DNA of 64,000 nucleotides from contig NC_069001.1 of assembly GCF_001194135.2 (NCBI RefSeq), forward strand, positions 5,573,127 to 5,637,126, written 5' to 3'. A program made the position numbers and the translations under genes. Of this stretch, positions 52,891-64,000 are shown piece after piece. The stretch comes from Octopus bimaculoides. Lineage: Eukaryota. Position 1 is the first letter of the stretch. Every line of letters begins with the position of its first letter. The notes under the pieces were generated by a model. The model was not told where the DNA came from and did not search any database. It saw only the letters and a list, made by a program, of their open reading frames with translations.

Positions 52891-54266
52891 TGTCATCTTT
52901 ATCACCACTACCACCATCATCATCATCATTACCACTTAGAAAATCATCATCAGGTTTCTGTCATCACCATCACCACCGCCACCACCNNNNNNNNNNNNNN
53001 NNNNNNNNNNNNNNNNNNNNNNNNNNNNNNNNNNNNNNNNNNNNNNNNNNNNNNNNNNNNNNNNNNNNNNNNNNNNNNNNNNNNNNNNNNNNNNNNNNNN
53101 NNNNNNNNNNNNNNNNNNNNNNNNNNNNNNNNNNNNNNNNNNNNNNNNNNNNNNNNNNNNNNNNNNNNNNNNNNNNNNNNNNNNNNNNNNNNNNNNNNNN
53201 NNNNNNNNNNNNNNNNNNNNNNNNNNNNNNNNNNNNNNNNNNNNNNNNNNNNNNNNNNNNNNNNNNNNNNNNNNNTTCCATCAATCCAAAAGTGGAAGAA
53301 AAAAAACAAAAAGCAAAAAAAAAGACATTAAAAAAAATTAACAGATAAAAACTAAAATAAAACAAAAAAAAGAAAACACTAGAAATTATTCTTTGCCATT
53401 CTCCTATTATTGTCAACATTTGAGTTTATTTCAGGCTTTTTTTTTATGGATTTTAGGAAGTAATAACAGCTAATTTAGAAATTTTTGTTGCTATTTTCCT
53501 TGTGAAATGTTGGATGGATTTTTGTATGTGTCATTCTATTTTATTCTATTTTATTTTATTCTATTTTGCTATTATCGTTTGTTTATTTCTTGTAATTTCT
53601 TTTCTTTTTTGACTATTTATCTTTTTGTTATTTTTTCTGTTTGTCATTTCCATGTCTTCCACTTCTTTTTGCAACAACACCTGTCTTGTTTGTATTGCAA
53701 CACCAAAATCTGTTGGTTTAATATAGCATTACAGTAGATTCTGCCTTAATGCACATAAAATGCTTATTTGCATTAGCTTTCCCCCTCTTCCACTTCTTTC
53801 TCTTCTTCGCTGTTGTCGTCTCTCCTCCTTTCATCTGTACAAGTCAATAATGGGCAGGTTTTTGTGTTGAATGATGCACCTGTAATGTGTGTGTGTTTGT
53901 ATGTATTTGTGCATATATGTGCACATGAGCACAATCAACATATAAGTGCATACATCTGCTCAAACAGCCATATATATATATATATATAAGTATATGCAAA
54001 CATGCTTATAGACACATTTGCATATATGCATACAGTCCACACATGCAAACACTCATATAGACATACACACTTAAGCCTGCACACACACATACACACACAC
54101 ATATACACACACACACATACACTTATACCGAAGCTCATACATATGTAAGTACATACACACATAAACTCAATTATCTATGTACACATGCACTCTTACATTT
54201 ACAGATACTTATGTACACAATTCATATATATATATACATACATACATTTATAAATATATGTATAAG

Positions 54267-54298
<32 letters not shown>

Positions 54299-54939
54299 CA
54301 TACATGTATTTATAAGTATAAGTATAAACATACATTAGTCATGTGCACACGTGAACATTTTGTTCAGACACAGTTCAACATCCACATATAAATATATTCA
54401 TTTATGCACACTACTCTACACACATGTGCACGTATACTCATAGACATACGCATACACAGAAACACAAACAAATGTGAACACAAGCATAGCATGCATTTAC
54501 ATATACACACAAACCATTATACAAACACACTGAAACACACACACACACATACAAACAAGCATGTACATATTGCATTGGCATGTTCTTGTATCACAGAAGA
54601 TAAAAGACCGACTTAAATTCTACAGATTTATTCACTCAGTGGAATGGTAAAATAATGTTCTACAAAATTCTTCTAGTGCAATGTCTGTGTTGACTTACTA
54701 TAGCTCATATCGTAGCATATAGCATTACCAGACGATGCTGTATACTACTGTATGTCTTAGTATTTACCACACTGTGACTTATGCTGCTATTACAACCCCA
54801 CCTTGTACTATTCTGTGTCAAAGTATCTACCAAACTGCACCCCCACCCCCCATACTAATGTCTACAATGCTTTTACTCTTCATTTTGTACCATTGTATAT
54901 CTTAGTGTCCACCACTGTTAACATCATCATCCTTTCAGA

Positions 54940-55150
54940 CAGCAGACAGGCAGGCAGAATTGTTCGGACGTTGGGCAAAATGCTTATTGGTATTTCGTCT
55001 GCCGTTACGTTCTGAGTTCAAATTCCGCCGGGGTTTGACTTTACCTTTCATCCTTTCAGGATCGATAAATTAAGTACCAGTTGCGTACTTGGGTAGATCT
55101 AATTGACTGCCCCCAACCTACAAATTTCGGTCTTTGTGCCTTGAGTAGAA
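54940..55150 (+). mobile_element. Near-full SINE family B
   Basis: ggcaggcagaattgttcggacgttgggcaaaatgctta..ggtatttcgtctgccgttacgttctgagttcaaattccgcc...gataaattaagtaccagttgcgtact. Confidence 0.85.
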
Positions 55151-55217
55151 AAGAATCCTTAGCATGCTGGTCAAAAGGCTTGGCGACATTTTGTCAGTCT
55201 TCGTGTTCTGAGTTCAA

Positions 55218-55438
55218 ACAAGTAAGGAGTCGATATCCTCCACCATCATCACTACAAGAACTGAAGACTGTTTTAGCTGAAGAATGGACAAAAATTCATT
55301 TGGAAACAATTCAAACTTTGTACGAGTCCATACCTCGTAGAATTCAAGCTGTAATTACTGCCAAAGACGACCCTACCCCATATTAAAATAAATTTGTTTG
55401 AAATTTTAAGGTATTTCCATTATTTTGTCCAGCCCCTG
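55218..55438 (+). mobile_element. Tc1 (DD34E-type) 3' fragment with right terminus
   Basis: VRSRYPPPSSLQELKTVLAEEWTKIHLETIQTLYESIPRRIQAVITAKDDPTPY* matches the Tc1 C-terminal pattern; end ...tccattattttgtccagcccctg|TA. Confidence 0.88.
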
Positions 55439-56264
55439 TATATATATTTATAACATGAATCTTCATATTTTTGTGCTTCTTTATGTTCTACGTCAGCTAT
55501 TTCTTTAGCAATAAGTAAAACTCCATGTTCTTCCTGCTCATCAACAGGAACAGATTCCTGTGTTACCATCTCTCTCTCCATTTGATCTCATTAACACAGA
55601 TAAGAACTTCGTTTTCCTCTCCTGGTTATTATATTCAACCAATGACTGAATCTTCCTTTTGACTTTGACTTTGCGTGTAGTCACAGCTTCATAAGTTACA
55701 CATCAACGGGAATATTTAACATAATGAAACCAGTTCAAATGTTAATGCTTTTAATAAGCTTAACTATGGAAAGAAATCAAAGACATAAAAGAAGTTGTTA
55801 GCTTAATGAAGCAAGTCTGAGAGTTATGCTTAAAACACCAATATAACTATGGAACGCAATCAAAGCCATAATGGAAATCTTTCACATAATAAATCAATGT
55901 TACAAAGATATGTAAATTTATGTAAAATAGAGATAAGAACATTTAGAAAAAGTTGAATTTCCCAGGCTCCTCCTCCTCCTCATCATCATCATCATTTTAA
56001 TGTCCACTTTTTTTTTTTGTCTGCATGAGTCATGAAGTTTATCGAGGTGCATTTTCTTTGGTTGGATGCCCTTCCTGTCACCTGCTTCCAAGCAAGGTAA
56101 TACTTGGCTGTGGTCAGACAGGATTTCTCAGAATATTGAAAATGAATGCCATTTATCTACAACAATCATGTTATGTGAAGGCAAGGAGATACTAATATGC
56201 CTAAGCACACACACACGCATACATGGGGTGGCCAGAAGAGTCTGTAAGAGGATAACAAAAAAAA

Positions 56265-56680
56265 AAATGCTTGCAGACAAAGCCGACCGTAATGAGACCG
56301 ATGGGTCAACAGAATATGGATGGAACTTAAAAATTAAAACAGCTACTAGGTTAAAACTCAACGAAACAGAGAACATGGAAAAGATCTGTTGTGGAAATCA
56401 GCTGCCCACTCAATGCGAATGTGGTTAAAAAATACAAGAGACAGAAGACATCTATGGACCATCAATAAGGAGTTTGCAAATCCAATACTCAAGATACACT
56501 TTCAGTTTCATATCTATTTTCATTGGAGCAACAGGATATATATCAACCCGTTTTGAGCAAAGTACAGCCGAACTTGAGATCTTGGGGAGATACTGCACAT
56601 TCTTAATTCCTAGGCTACAAATGACCATGATATCTCGGACAATAAAATTCTGCAAGACCTTCCTAAGATCTAACTCTAAC
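56265..56680 (+). mobile_element. Decayed 3' end of a REL-endonuclease non-LTR retrotransposon (R2/R4/NeSL-type group)
   Basis: EYGWNLKIKTATRL ... VVEISCPLNANVVK/KIQETEDIYGPSIRSLQIQYSRYTFSFISIFIGATGY ... LIPRLQ..ISRTIKFCKTFL follows the REL pattern V.E.S.P.D.N..K..EK...Y..L ... PI.IGA.G ... GT.KI.K.FL; two frameshifts. Confidence 0.7.
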
Positions 56681-57767
56681 TCTTTAGCATTTAAACTGGC
56701 CACATTTGGCCCGAATATTCTGCCTGTTTTAGGTTCAAACTGGCCACATCTGGGCCCTCACACTTACCCTATAAAGTCAGACTAAAAGTCAAAAGTCATG
56801 TAGAAATCTCAGAGCTATGAGATACTGCATGATCGAGTGAAAATGATGTGAATAAATAAACAATGCATTTGATGGAGTTATCTGAATGCTAGAGGCTTGA
56901 AGAATGATGATTACAATAAGATGCTTTCATTCACAGCCTTTGCTACCAAGTTAGTGTATGTATGTATGTATTTGTACCAAGTGTGCGTGTATGTATGTAT
57001 TTGTGCGTGTGTGTGTATGTATTTGTGTGTGTGCGTGTATGCATGTATTTGTGTATATGTATGTGTGTGAGTGTATGTATGTATTTGTGTGTGTGTGTAG
57101 ATTATTTGAAGTGGTGTACAGATTTTATAAATTAAAATAAAAAGAAATAATCTGAATTTTGGATAATTATCTATTAGTGCTTTTAGCTCATTCACTTCCA
57201 AGAAACATCAGAAATGATATTTTACAGAAAATTTATGCCTTTTATATAAATCTAGAAGAGAATATTTCTTTTGTTATCTATATATGTGTGAGTGAGCGAG
57301 TGAGTGAGTGTGTGTGTATATGTGTGTGTGCATACATATGAGTGTATATTTATGAGCATGCATGTGTAAGTATGTAAATGTGGTAAATTTTTGAAGGCTT
57401 GATTAAGGGGAGAAAAAACGTATACACACACATATATATATATATATTTTTTCTACTTCACACATCTACAAAGGTAAAATGAATGTATGCTGTATATACT
57501 CAAAGGATTTCGTTTACTTTCTGTAGACTTAAAATTCATTATCATCTCTTTAGTACAGCTTAGTGTAACAGTAAACTACATTTTGTGTCATTAGTGTTTT
57601 TAACTGATAAAAGGTAAAAAAATTAAAAAAATAATAAATATAAAATAAACAACAAATTTTCAGTTTCTGCAAAATGGGAAAAACAATGAAAGGAAAAGCA
57701 CCTGGAAAACGTAAAGTGAATAAATAAGACTCAATAATTGCCAAATAGTAGAATGATGTGAACTTAC

Positions 57768-57926
57768 TATGTTAACAAATTCTTGGTATGAAAGATGATC
57801 GACTGTGTTCATCTTCGAACCAAGGATATCCAATTTATGGGATGGAATTTCCTCTTGAAATTGCGGATCTACCATTAATTCTTGAAAATCTTGTTTACTT
57901 ATTTCTCCTTTTCCAAGAATATCATA
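57768..57926 (-). CDS. RHBDL3: Internal coding exon encoding a paired EF-hand, most like the N-terminal region of rhomboid-related protease RHBDL3 / Drosophila rho-4
   Basis: Minus strand: long polypyrimidine tract ttttatttattattttttttcattttctctctAG, then 159 nt open in phase 0 (YDILGKGEISKQDFQELMVDPQFQEEIPSHKLDILGSKMNTVDHLSYQEFVNI), then donor GTAAGT. It has an EF-loop pattern D-x2-G-x-G-x-I-S-x2-D-F and a second degenerate loop LSYQEFV. From memory, the matching RHBDL3 segment (FDPGNTGYIS...LDPHKREVL...IGYQDFVSL) is also 53 aa with YQDF at positions 47-50. The exon call is strong; the gene name rests on recall, not a search. Confidence 0.8.
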
Positions 57927-58063
57927 CTAGAGAGAAAATGAAAAAAAATAATAAATAAAAGATAATGAACTTTAGTGATGTGATTTATAAGAATTTTTTT
58001 CAAAATTAATAAAGCAGGGAAAACCAGGGAAAGTAATTAAATTGTTGAAGAATTATGATAATT

Positions 58064-58299
58064 AAAAGCACCATCCGAACGTGACTGATGCCAGTGCCAC
58101 TCTAATTGGCTTCCGTGCCAGTGGCACGTAAAAAGCACCATCCAATTGTGGTCGGTGCCAGTGCTGCTTTGACTAGCTTCCGTGCTGGTGGCATGTAAAA
58201 AGCACCATCCGATCGTGGTCGATGCCAGCTCCTCTGGCCCCTGTGCCAGTGGCATGGAAAACGGACGTTAAACGATGATGATGATGAGGATGATGATGA
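58064..58299 (+). mobile_element. SINE C derivative: three 67-bp tandem units fused directly to the (GAT)n tail
   Basis: aaaagcaccatcc at 58064, 58131 and 58198; the third unit jumps at ggcatg into gaaaacggacgttaaacgatgatg. Confidence 0.85.
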
Positions 58300-58470
58300 T
58301 TTGCTTTCTGTGTTTTTCTGGCTAAGTGAAAGAGAAAGGACAGCATGCATGCGAACTCTTTTAGGGTCTCAGAGTGGAAACAATGAAATTATAGTCAGGT
58401 GCAGGCGTGGTTGTGTGGTGAACATACACACACATAAACATACTCTCACACACACACACACACATATGTA

Positions 58471-58688
58471 TTGGGTTGTCCGGAAAGTTCGTGCCGATCT
58501 TTAAAGGAAAGAAAACGATCAATAGATACTTGGCATTACATTTTTAATCAACGAAATATGAACCATTTTGTTGCACAATGCGTCTCCATCTTTCCTTTAA
58601 AATTGAAAATACCCTCTTCCCAGAATTGAGATGGTTTCATGGCAAATAAGTCGAAAGGTAATCGGCACGAACTTTCCGGACAACCCAA
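58471..58688 (-). mobile_element. Complete 218-bp mariner-derived MITE with perfect 28-bp TIRs and TA target-site duplication
   Basis: TA|ttgggttgtccggaaagttcgtgccgat ... atcggcacgaactttccggacaacccaa|TA; internal minus-strand remnant FWEEGIF/KERWRRIVQQNGSYFVD*. Confidence 0.95.
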
Positions 58689-58699
58689 TATATATATAC

Positions 58700-58858
58700 A
58701 CAATGGCTTTCTTTCAGTGTTTCCATCTACTAAATCCACTCATAAAGAATTGGTTGGCCAGGGCTGTAGTAGAAGACATTTGCCCAAGGTACCATGCAGT
58801 GAGACTGAACCTGGTACCATGTGGTTAGGAAGTTAACTTCTTACCACACAGCTATGTC
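58700..58858 (-). mobile_element. SINE family A head
   Basis: ggctttctttcagtgtttccatctactaaatccactcataaag...ctgtagtagaagacatttgcccaaggtaccatgcagtgagactgaacctgg..ccatgtggtt...ttcttaccacacagc. Confidence 0.85.
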
Positions 58859-60633
58859 TGGTTGATATTGATAATCTATTCCATCGTACAAGATACAACA
58901 GAATATTATCAGTGGCCATGTTGTAGATGTACGACCAAAGACTGTTATTATAACAGAATAAAAGTGAAGATAGGTACGTATGTGTATGCCTGTGTATATG
59001 TGTGCATGTGTCCAGGCATGTGCTTGTGTGCAGGTGCGTGCGTGTATGCATGCATGTGTGTGTTGCAAGGGTTATGAGTCAATCACGATGTCATGGTTAC
59101 AGTTTCAATACATGGTCTAAGATCAAATCACTTGTCAAAAAGAACGAATCTAAAAACAAAAGAATTCCAAATTGTAAAATGCTTCAGCGGAGTTTTGTAA
59201 TAAGCACTCCCCTCGCTACCATATAACTAAGATTATTTTTTTCCCCAAACAGTTTCTTTGGATTTCTATGTTATAAACATTAGAGATTACAATTCTGTAA
59301 GAAAAAAAAAATCGCAACATTTAAATTTTTTTACATTTTTTTCTTTTTTACCATCCATTTCTGAATTGGAGTATACAACCAACCATAACTCTCTTTTGTT
59401 TTGTTCTTTTTTTTATTTTGTACTTATTGCAATTATTTTTTCTGAATTATATGTTTTAAACATAGAAGACCATGTTTCTGCAATAAAAAAAAAGAGAAAC
59501 ATGTAGAACAAAAACTATCTTTCAATTTCAATTTTTTAATTCCCATCTCATTCTCCATTTTAGAATATGCAACTGGCCGTAACTTTTTCGTTTTTGACTT
59601 TTTTACAATATTTTTTCTCTTTTTTTTTCTCTGAATCACATGCTTTAAACTGAGGAGATTACGTCTCTGCAAAAATAAATAAATGAATCAAACTAAGAAA
59701 AAAAAAATTCTTTTTCAGAAATTCAATCTTTCATTACAAGTTGTGTAGGTTATTTATTCTGAAAGAAACTCTGCCAATGTTTTAAACACGGATGTTTCCC
59801 TTTCCATCTTTATGTAATCACCTCAGGCTGATTGCAGTGTTGTAGTATTCATGCCTTTACCAAAGGTATTAACTACATTCAAAGAAAGATAAGATCACTC
59901 CAAGCAAAACTATGGTTAACCTTTAGTACACTATAGGTGCATCGTGTCACCATGTGAGTTTTCTCCCCTGTCGTATCAGAGCAGTGGCAGGAGAAACAAT
60001 TCTGGAGACAAAGCAATGTGCTAAAGGTTAAGAATTTCTTCATACACCTCTCCTGTAGAATTACCTGATTTTCACCAGTATTCCAGAACAGATGTTGTAA
60101 ACTTGCAGGGCAGCCTCAACCACTTGCTGAACTTGCTAGAAATAGCAGATAAATCTCTCTCAGATCACAATTTGATGCTATGGTTCCCAAAATGGTATTT
60201 TAAGAAGCCTAAATTGTTGTTGAATTTTTGGAATCAACCTACCACTGTTATTCTTTGTGACATTTTTTTTTTGTTTTTATTCCAAACCTGCTTTTGTTTT
60301 TGTTTTGGAAGATTCATGATGTAAATTTGTGTATTGAAACAGATTTTGTTGTATTTTGGAAGGGTCATTATGCCAATAATAGTAAACACACACCAGTTCT
60401 ATTTCACTTCTTTATTATTCATTTTGTCAGCTGTTTAAAAACCATTTAGCTAATCAATTGTTGGACTGATCGTTAGGTTAATCAATCAACTGCAACCTCA
60501 TTAACGACATGCCCTCTCTAATCTAGGTCAGCTGCAGGTCTGTTTGTGTGCTTGTCTATCTGTCTGTCTGTGTGTCTATTAGTTTGTGGGTTCTACATTT
60601 ATGTAGCTGTATGGATGTAAATGAGAATGTATG

Positions 60634-60678
<45 letters not shown>

Positions 60679-61174
60679 TACCTTAGACTTTATCCATTGC
60701 TACCTTAAAATCGTCTTATGTGTCATGCAGTGGGATTGAACCTGCGACCATGCATTTGAGTAGCAAACCTCTTAACCACTCAGCCAAGCCTGTATCTACA
60801 CCATTAATTTTAGAGGGTTTGTGGGGGAGGGGTTCGTTGATTAAATTGACCCCAGCAGTTTGAGATGTCCATCGCTTTAACCTATTTTAGTTAACTTTTA
60901 ACCAATAAAATTCCATTTTGTCATCCTTTTTTTTAATTTCTTAATTATCATAATCATCATCACCACCACCAACACCATCAACATAACCATCATCGGCATC
61001 AGTATCATCATCATGACCATCATCGTCATCACAAATCATCATGACCATCATCATCAACACCTACAACAATAAGACAAACAACAATAAATGCTCATCTACC
61101 ATATTACAATACAAAACTTAAATGCGAAGCTTATTCTTATAAACACACAGAAACATACAATATATATACGCATA

Positions 61175-61212
<38 letters not shown>

Positions 61213-62745
61213 NNNNNNNNNNATTAATACATATATAGTGTGTGTGTGTGTGTGTGTGTGCTATGATGCCAATGCTTGGTGACAAAATTAATTAAGAAAA
61301 AACATTAATTCCCATTAATCTTTATTTAATTTATGAACTCAAATATATCAGTTTATTTGCTGCTCTCTCTCTCCTCCTCCTCCTCTCTCTCTCCTCCCCC
61401 TCTCTCACTATCAGCCGACTGATTACTGTGTACATTAGAGAGTCAATTATTGGTGTTGAAAAGAATATAAAATTGATTCTATATTAGCAGAATTTATTTC
61501 ACGTCATAATATTTTTCTTTCTTTCTGGCGACATCAATTTGTTTTCAAAACGTCCTCCTTCATCTGATTTTTTACCAGTAAAAATTTCTCGAAATATGAC
61601 GTAAGCAATTAATGGCTCTTAACTAATTATATGTATAGTTAGGCTAATAGATTGAAAGAGAAATTATCCATGTTATTAGTTTTGGTTTTATTGTGTGCTT
61701 TCACTGTGTAATTGAGTATTGTTCTGTGTGCTTTGAGCACATGTGGTCTCAATTATTAGCGTTTTCTTATCATCGACTTATTTATGCCCTTTGTAATATA
61801 TAAAAGAGAAGATTATTTTCCAGCTCTATTATAGAATAGAGCGATGGAGTAAAATATTTGTCGCGAGTAAATTGCAGAAAAGAAAATTAAAATGTTTATT
61901 CAGATCTGTGGTTGTGTGGTAAGAAGTTTGGCTTCCACAAACACAGTTTTTAGTTCAGTCCCACTTTGTGCACCAAGTGTCTTCCATAAAGTGCTTAGCT
62001 TTGTCACACCCAAATGGCTGGGTGTATAGATATATAAATATATAATTTAGAGAGAAAAAACCCACAATTATTGAATTCATCCATAATTCATCCATAATTA
62101 TATATATATATATATATATATNNNNNNNNNNNNNNNNNNNNNNNNNNNNNNNNNNNNNNNNNNNNNNNNNNNNNNNNNNNNNNNNNNNNNNNNNNNNNNN
62201 NNNNNNNNNNNNNNNNNNNNNNNNNNNNNNNNNNNNNNNNNNNNNNNNNNNNNNNNNNNNNNNNNNNNNNNNNNNNNNNNNNNNNNNNNNNNNNNNNNNN
62301 NNNNNNNNNNNNNNNNNNNNNNNNNNNNNNNNNNNNNNNNNNNNNNNNNNNNNNNNNNNNNNNNNNNNNNNNNNNNNNNNNNNNNNNNNNNNNNNNNNNN
62401 NNNNNNNNNNNNNNNNNNNNNNNNNNNNNNNNNNNNNNNNNNNNNNNNNNNNNNNNNNNNNNNNNNNNNNNNNNNNNNNNNNNNNNNNNNNNNNNNNNNN
62501 NNNNNNNNNNNNNNNNNNNNNNNNNNNNNNNNNNNNNNNNNNNNNNNNNNNNNNNNNNNNNNNNNNNNNNNNNNNNNNNNNNNNNNNNNNNNNNNNNNNN
62601 NNNNNNNNNNNNNNNNNNNNNNNNNNNNNNNNNNNNNNNNNNNNNNNNNNNNNNNNNNNNNNNNNNNNNNNNNNNNNNNNNNNNNNNNNNNNNNNNNNNN
62701 NNNNNNNNNNNNNNNNNAATTTAGCTCCAATACACACATCTAAAG

Positions 62746-63254
62746 CAAGAGTTCTCAACCATTTTTTTGTCTATGGATCCCTTTGATTACAATTTTATTC
62801 TTGTAGACCTTACATTAACTTGTGTAGGTTGAACTATGTAAAATGTTAGAGAAAAAACTTTGCACATCTAAAGCGAAAGTTTTTCAGAGGTCCTTAAAAT
62901 ACTCTGGTGAATCCCCAATTTACTATTTTGATGTGAACCCCTTTGATTACTATTCTATTCTGACAGACCCCCATAGCCATTTGATGTTTAAAAACTAGTT
63001 TTATAGAACTTCTTTCAAAATTCCTATTTTGCTTTTCTTACATTAACTTGTGTAGGTTGAAACTATGGAAACTGTTAGAGAAAAAAACCTTGTTGTTTCT
63101 TGCAATACTCACCAATACACACATCTCAACCAAATTTTTTTCAACGGCCTTTAAAATATTATTGTGGATCCACAATTTACTATTTTTTAACACAGAGCCC
63201 CACAAACTTTATATGGACCCTCAGGGCCATATGGACCCTGGTTGAGAACCACTG
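62746..63254. mobile_element. hAT-like (Charlie-type) non-autonomous element with internal duplications
   Basis: Left caagagttctcaacc, right ggttgagaaccactg, subterminal (a/g)tggaccc motifs. Block tacattaacttgtgtaggttgaa.ctatg.aaa.tgttagagaaaaaa occurs twice (about 62811 and 63038). No clean 8-bp TSD. Confidence 0.65.
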
Positions 63255-63782
63255 CTCTGAATCATTTTGCCTCTGGGCCCTACTTGGCCTGAGTCCAAGG
63301 CAAACAGCATTTATCTCAAGTGATGTGCAGTGGGATTGATCCTCAGGACTGCTTGGTCATGATGAATTTCATAACAATAAGGATAGATTATTTCTTCATG
63401 AAATATTTTGCAAGAAATATTGGTTTTGTGACATTTTTGTGTCTGATACTGGTTTTGGAATATATAGTTTCTGCACTATATAAATTTTTAATCTGATGAT
63501 ATATATATTTCATCAGATTAAAAATATATACAGGTATATATATGTATATATATATATATATATATACACAGACACACAGACACGCATATACTCATCAATA
63601 AAGATATGAATATTCACATTAATATATATATACATAGATCTATATCTCTCTATCCCTCTCTCTCTCTGTATATATACACAAGTACACACACATGTATATA
63701 TATATATATATATATATACATATGTATGTATTTTCGATGCAATACATATTTCACCAATGATATGCATGTGTTTATGAATGTG

Positions 63783-63817
<35 letters not shown>

Positions 63818-63922
63818 ATGAATTTGGTTTATGACTTTTGATATTTGCATGCAACCTTAACTTGGATTGATTCAAAAATATAATAATAAACTATTAATAC
63901 ATAACACACACACATATGTATC

Positions 63923-63955
<33 letters not shown>

Positions 63956-63968
63956 TATGTAGTTTATG

Positions 63969-64000
<32 letters not shown>

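Noticed and set aside
58064-58260. CRISPR-like repeat-spacer appearance
   Set aside because: The context is eukaryotic, the apparent spacers are homologous to each other, the units belong to SINE family C, and there are no cas genes.
223-63875. The many long ORFs of [12 protein letters not shown], poly-V/H/D/M/I/L or X in the ORF track
   Set aside because: They are translations of di-, tri- and tetranucleotide microsatellites or of N runs, which contain no stop codons; there is no coding signal.
57927-64000. Search for the expected upstream W..LF microexon or promoter of the rhomboid-like gene; TGACGT (CRE-like) motifs near 61500-61600
   Set aside because: No 24-nt segment with correct AG/GT flanks and phase was found, and two short motifs do not support a promoter call.

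Overview
AT-rich, repeat-dense eukaryotic DNA from a gapped short-read assembly (about 20 N-runs, most abutting microsatellites). The SINE families, mariner/Tc1 remnants and (TA)n/(CA)n/(AGAT)n/(GAT)n load suggest an Octopus genome; this is my inference, not a database match. Almost all ORFs in the supplied track are microsatellite or N artefacts. One well-supported coding exon lies on the minus strand (57768-57926, 159 bp, phase 0/0, strong splice sites). It encodes a paired EF-hand that resembles the N-terminus of rhomboid proteases of the RHBDL3/rho-4 group. I found no other exon of that gene, so most of the window is probably intron. The rest is decayed mobile DNA: at least four SINE-like families (my labels A-D), DD37D/maT, mariner and Tc1 fragments, mariner-, piggyBac- and hAT-like MITEs, and RTE, REL-endonuclease and Penelope-like retroelement fragments. 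The most unusual structures are several near-perfect inverted repeats, including a tRNA-like core clamped by 45-bp perfect inverted repeats. I see no convincing novel multi-gene system. SINE and microsatellite boundaries are approximate; TIR, exon and palindrome coordinates were read base by base.
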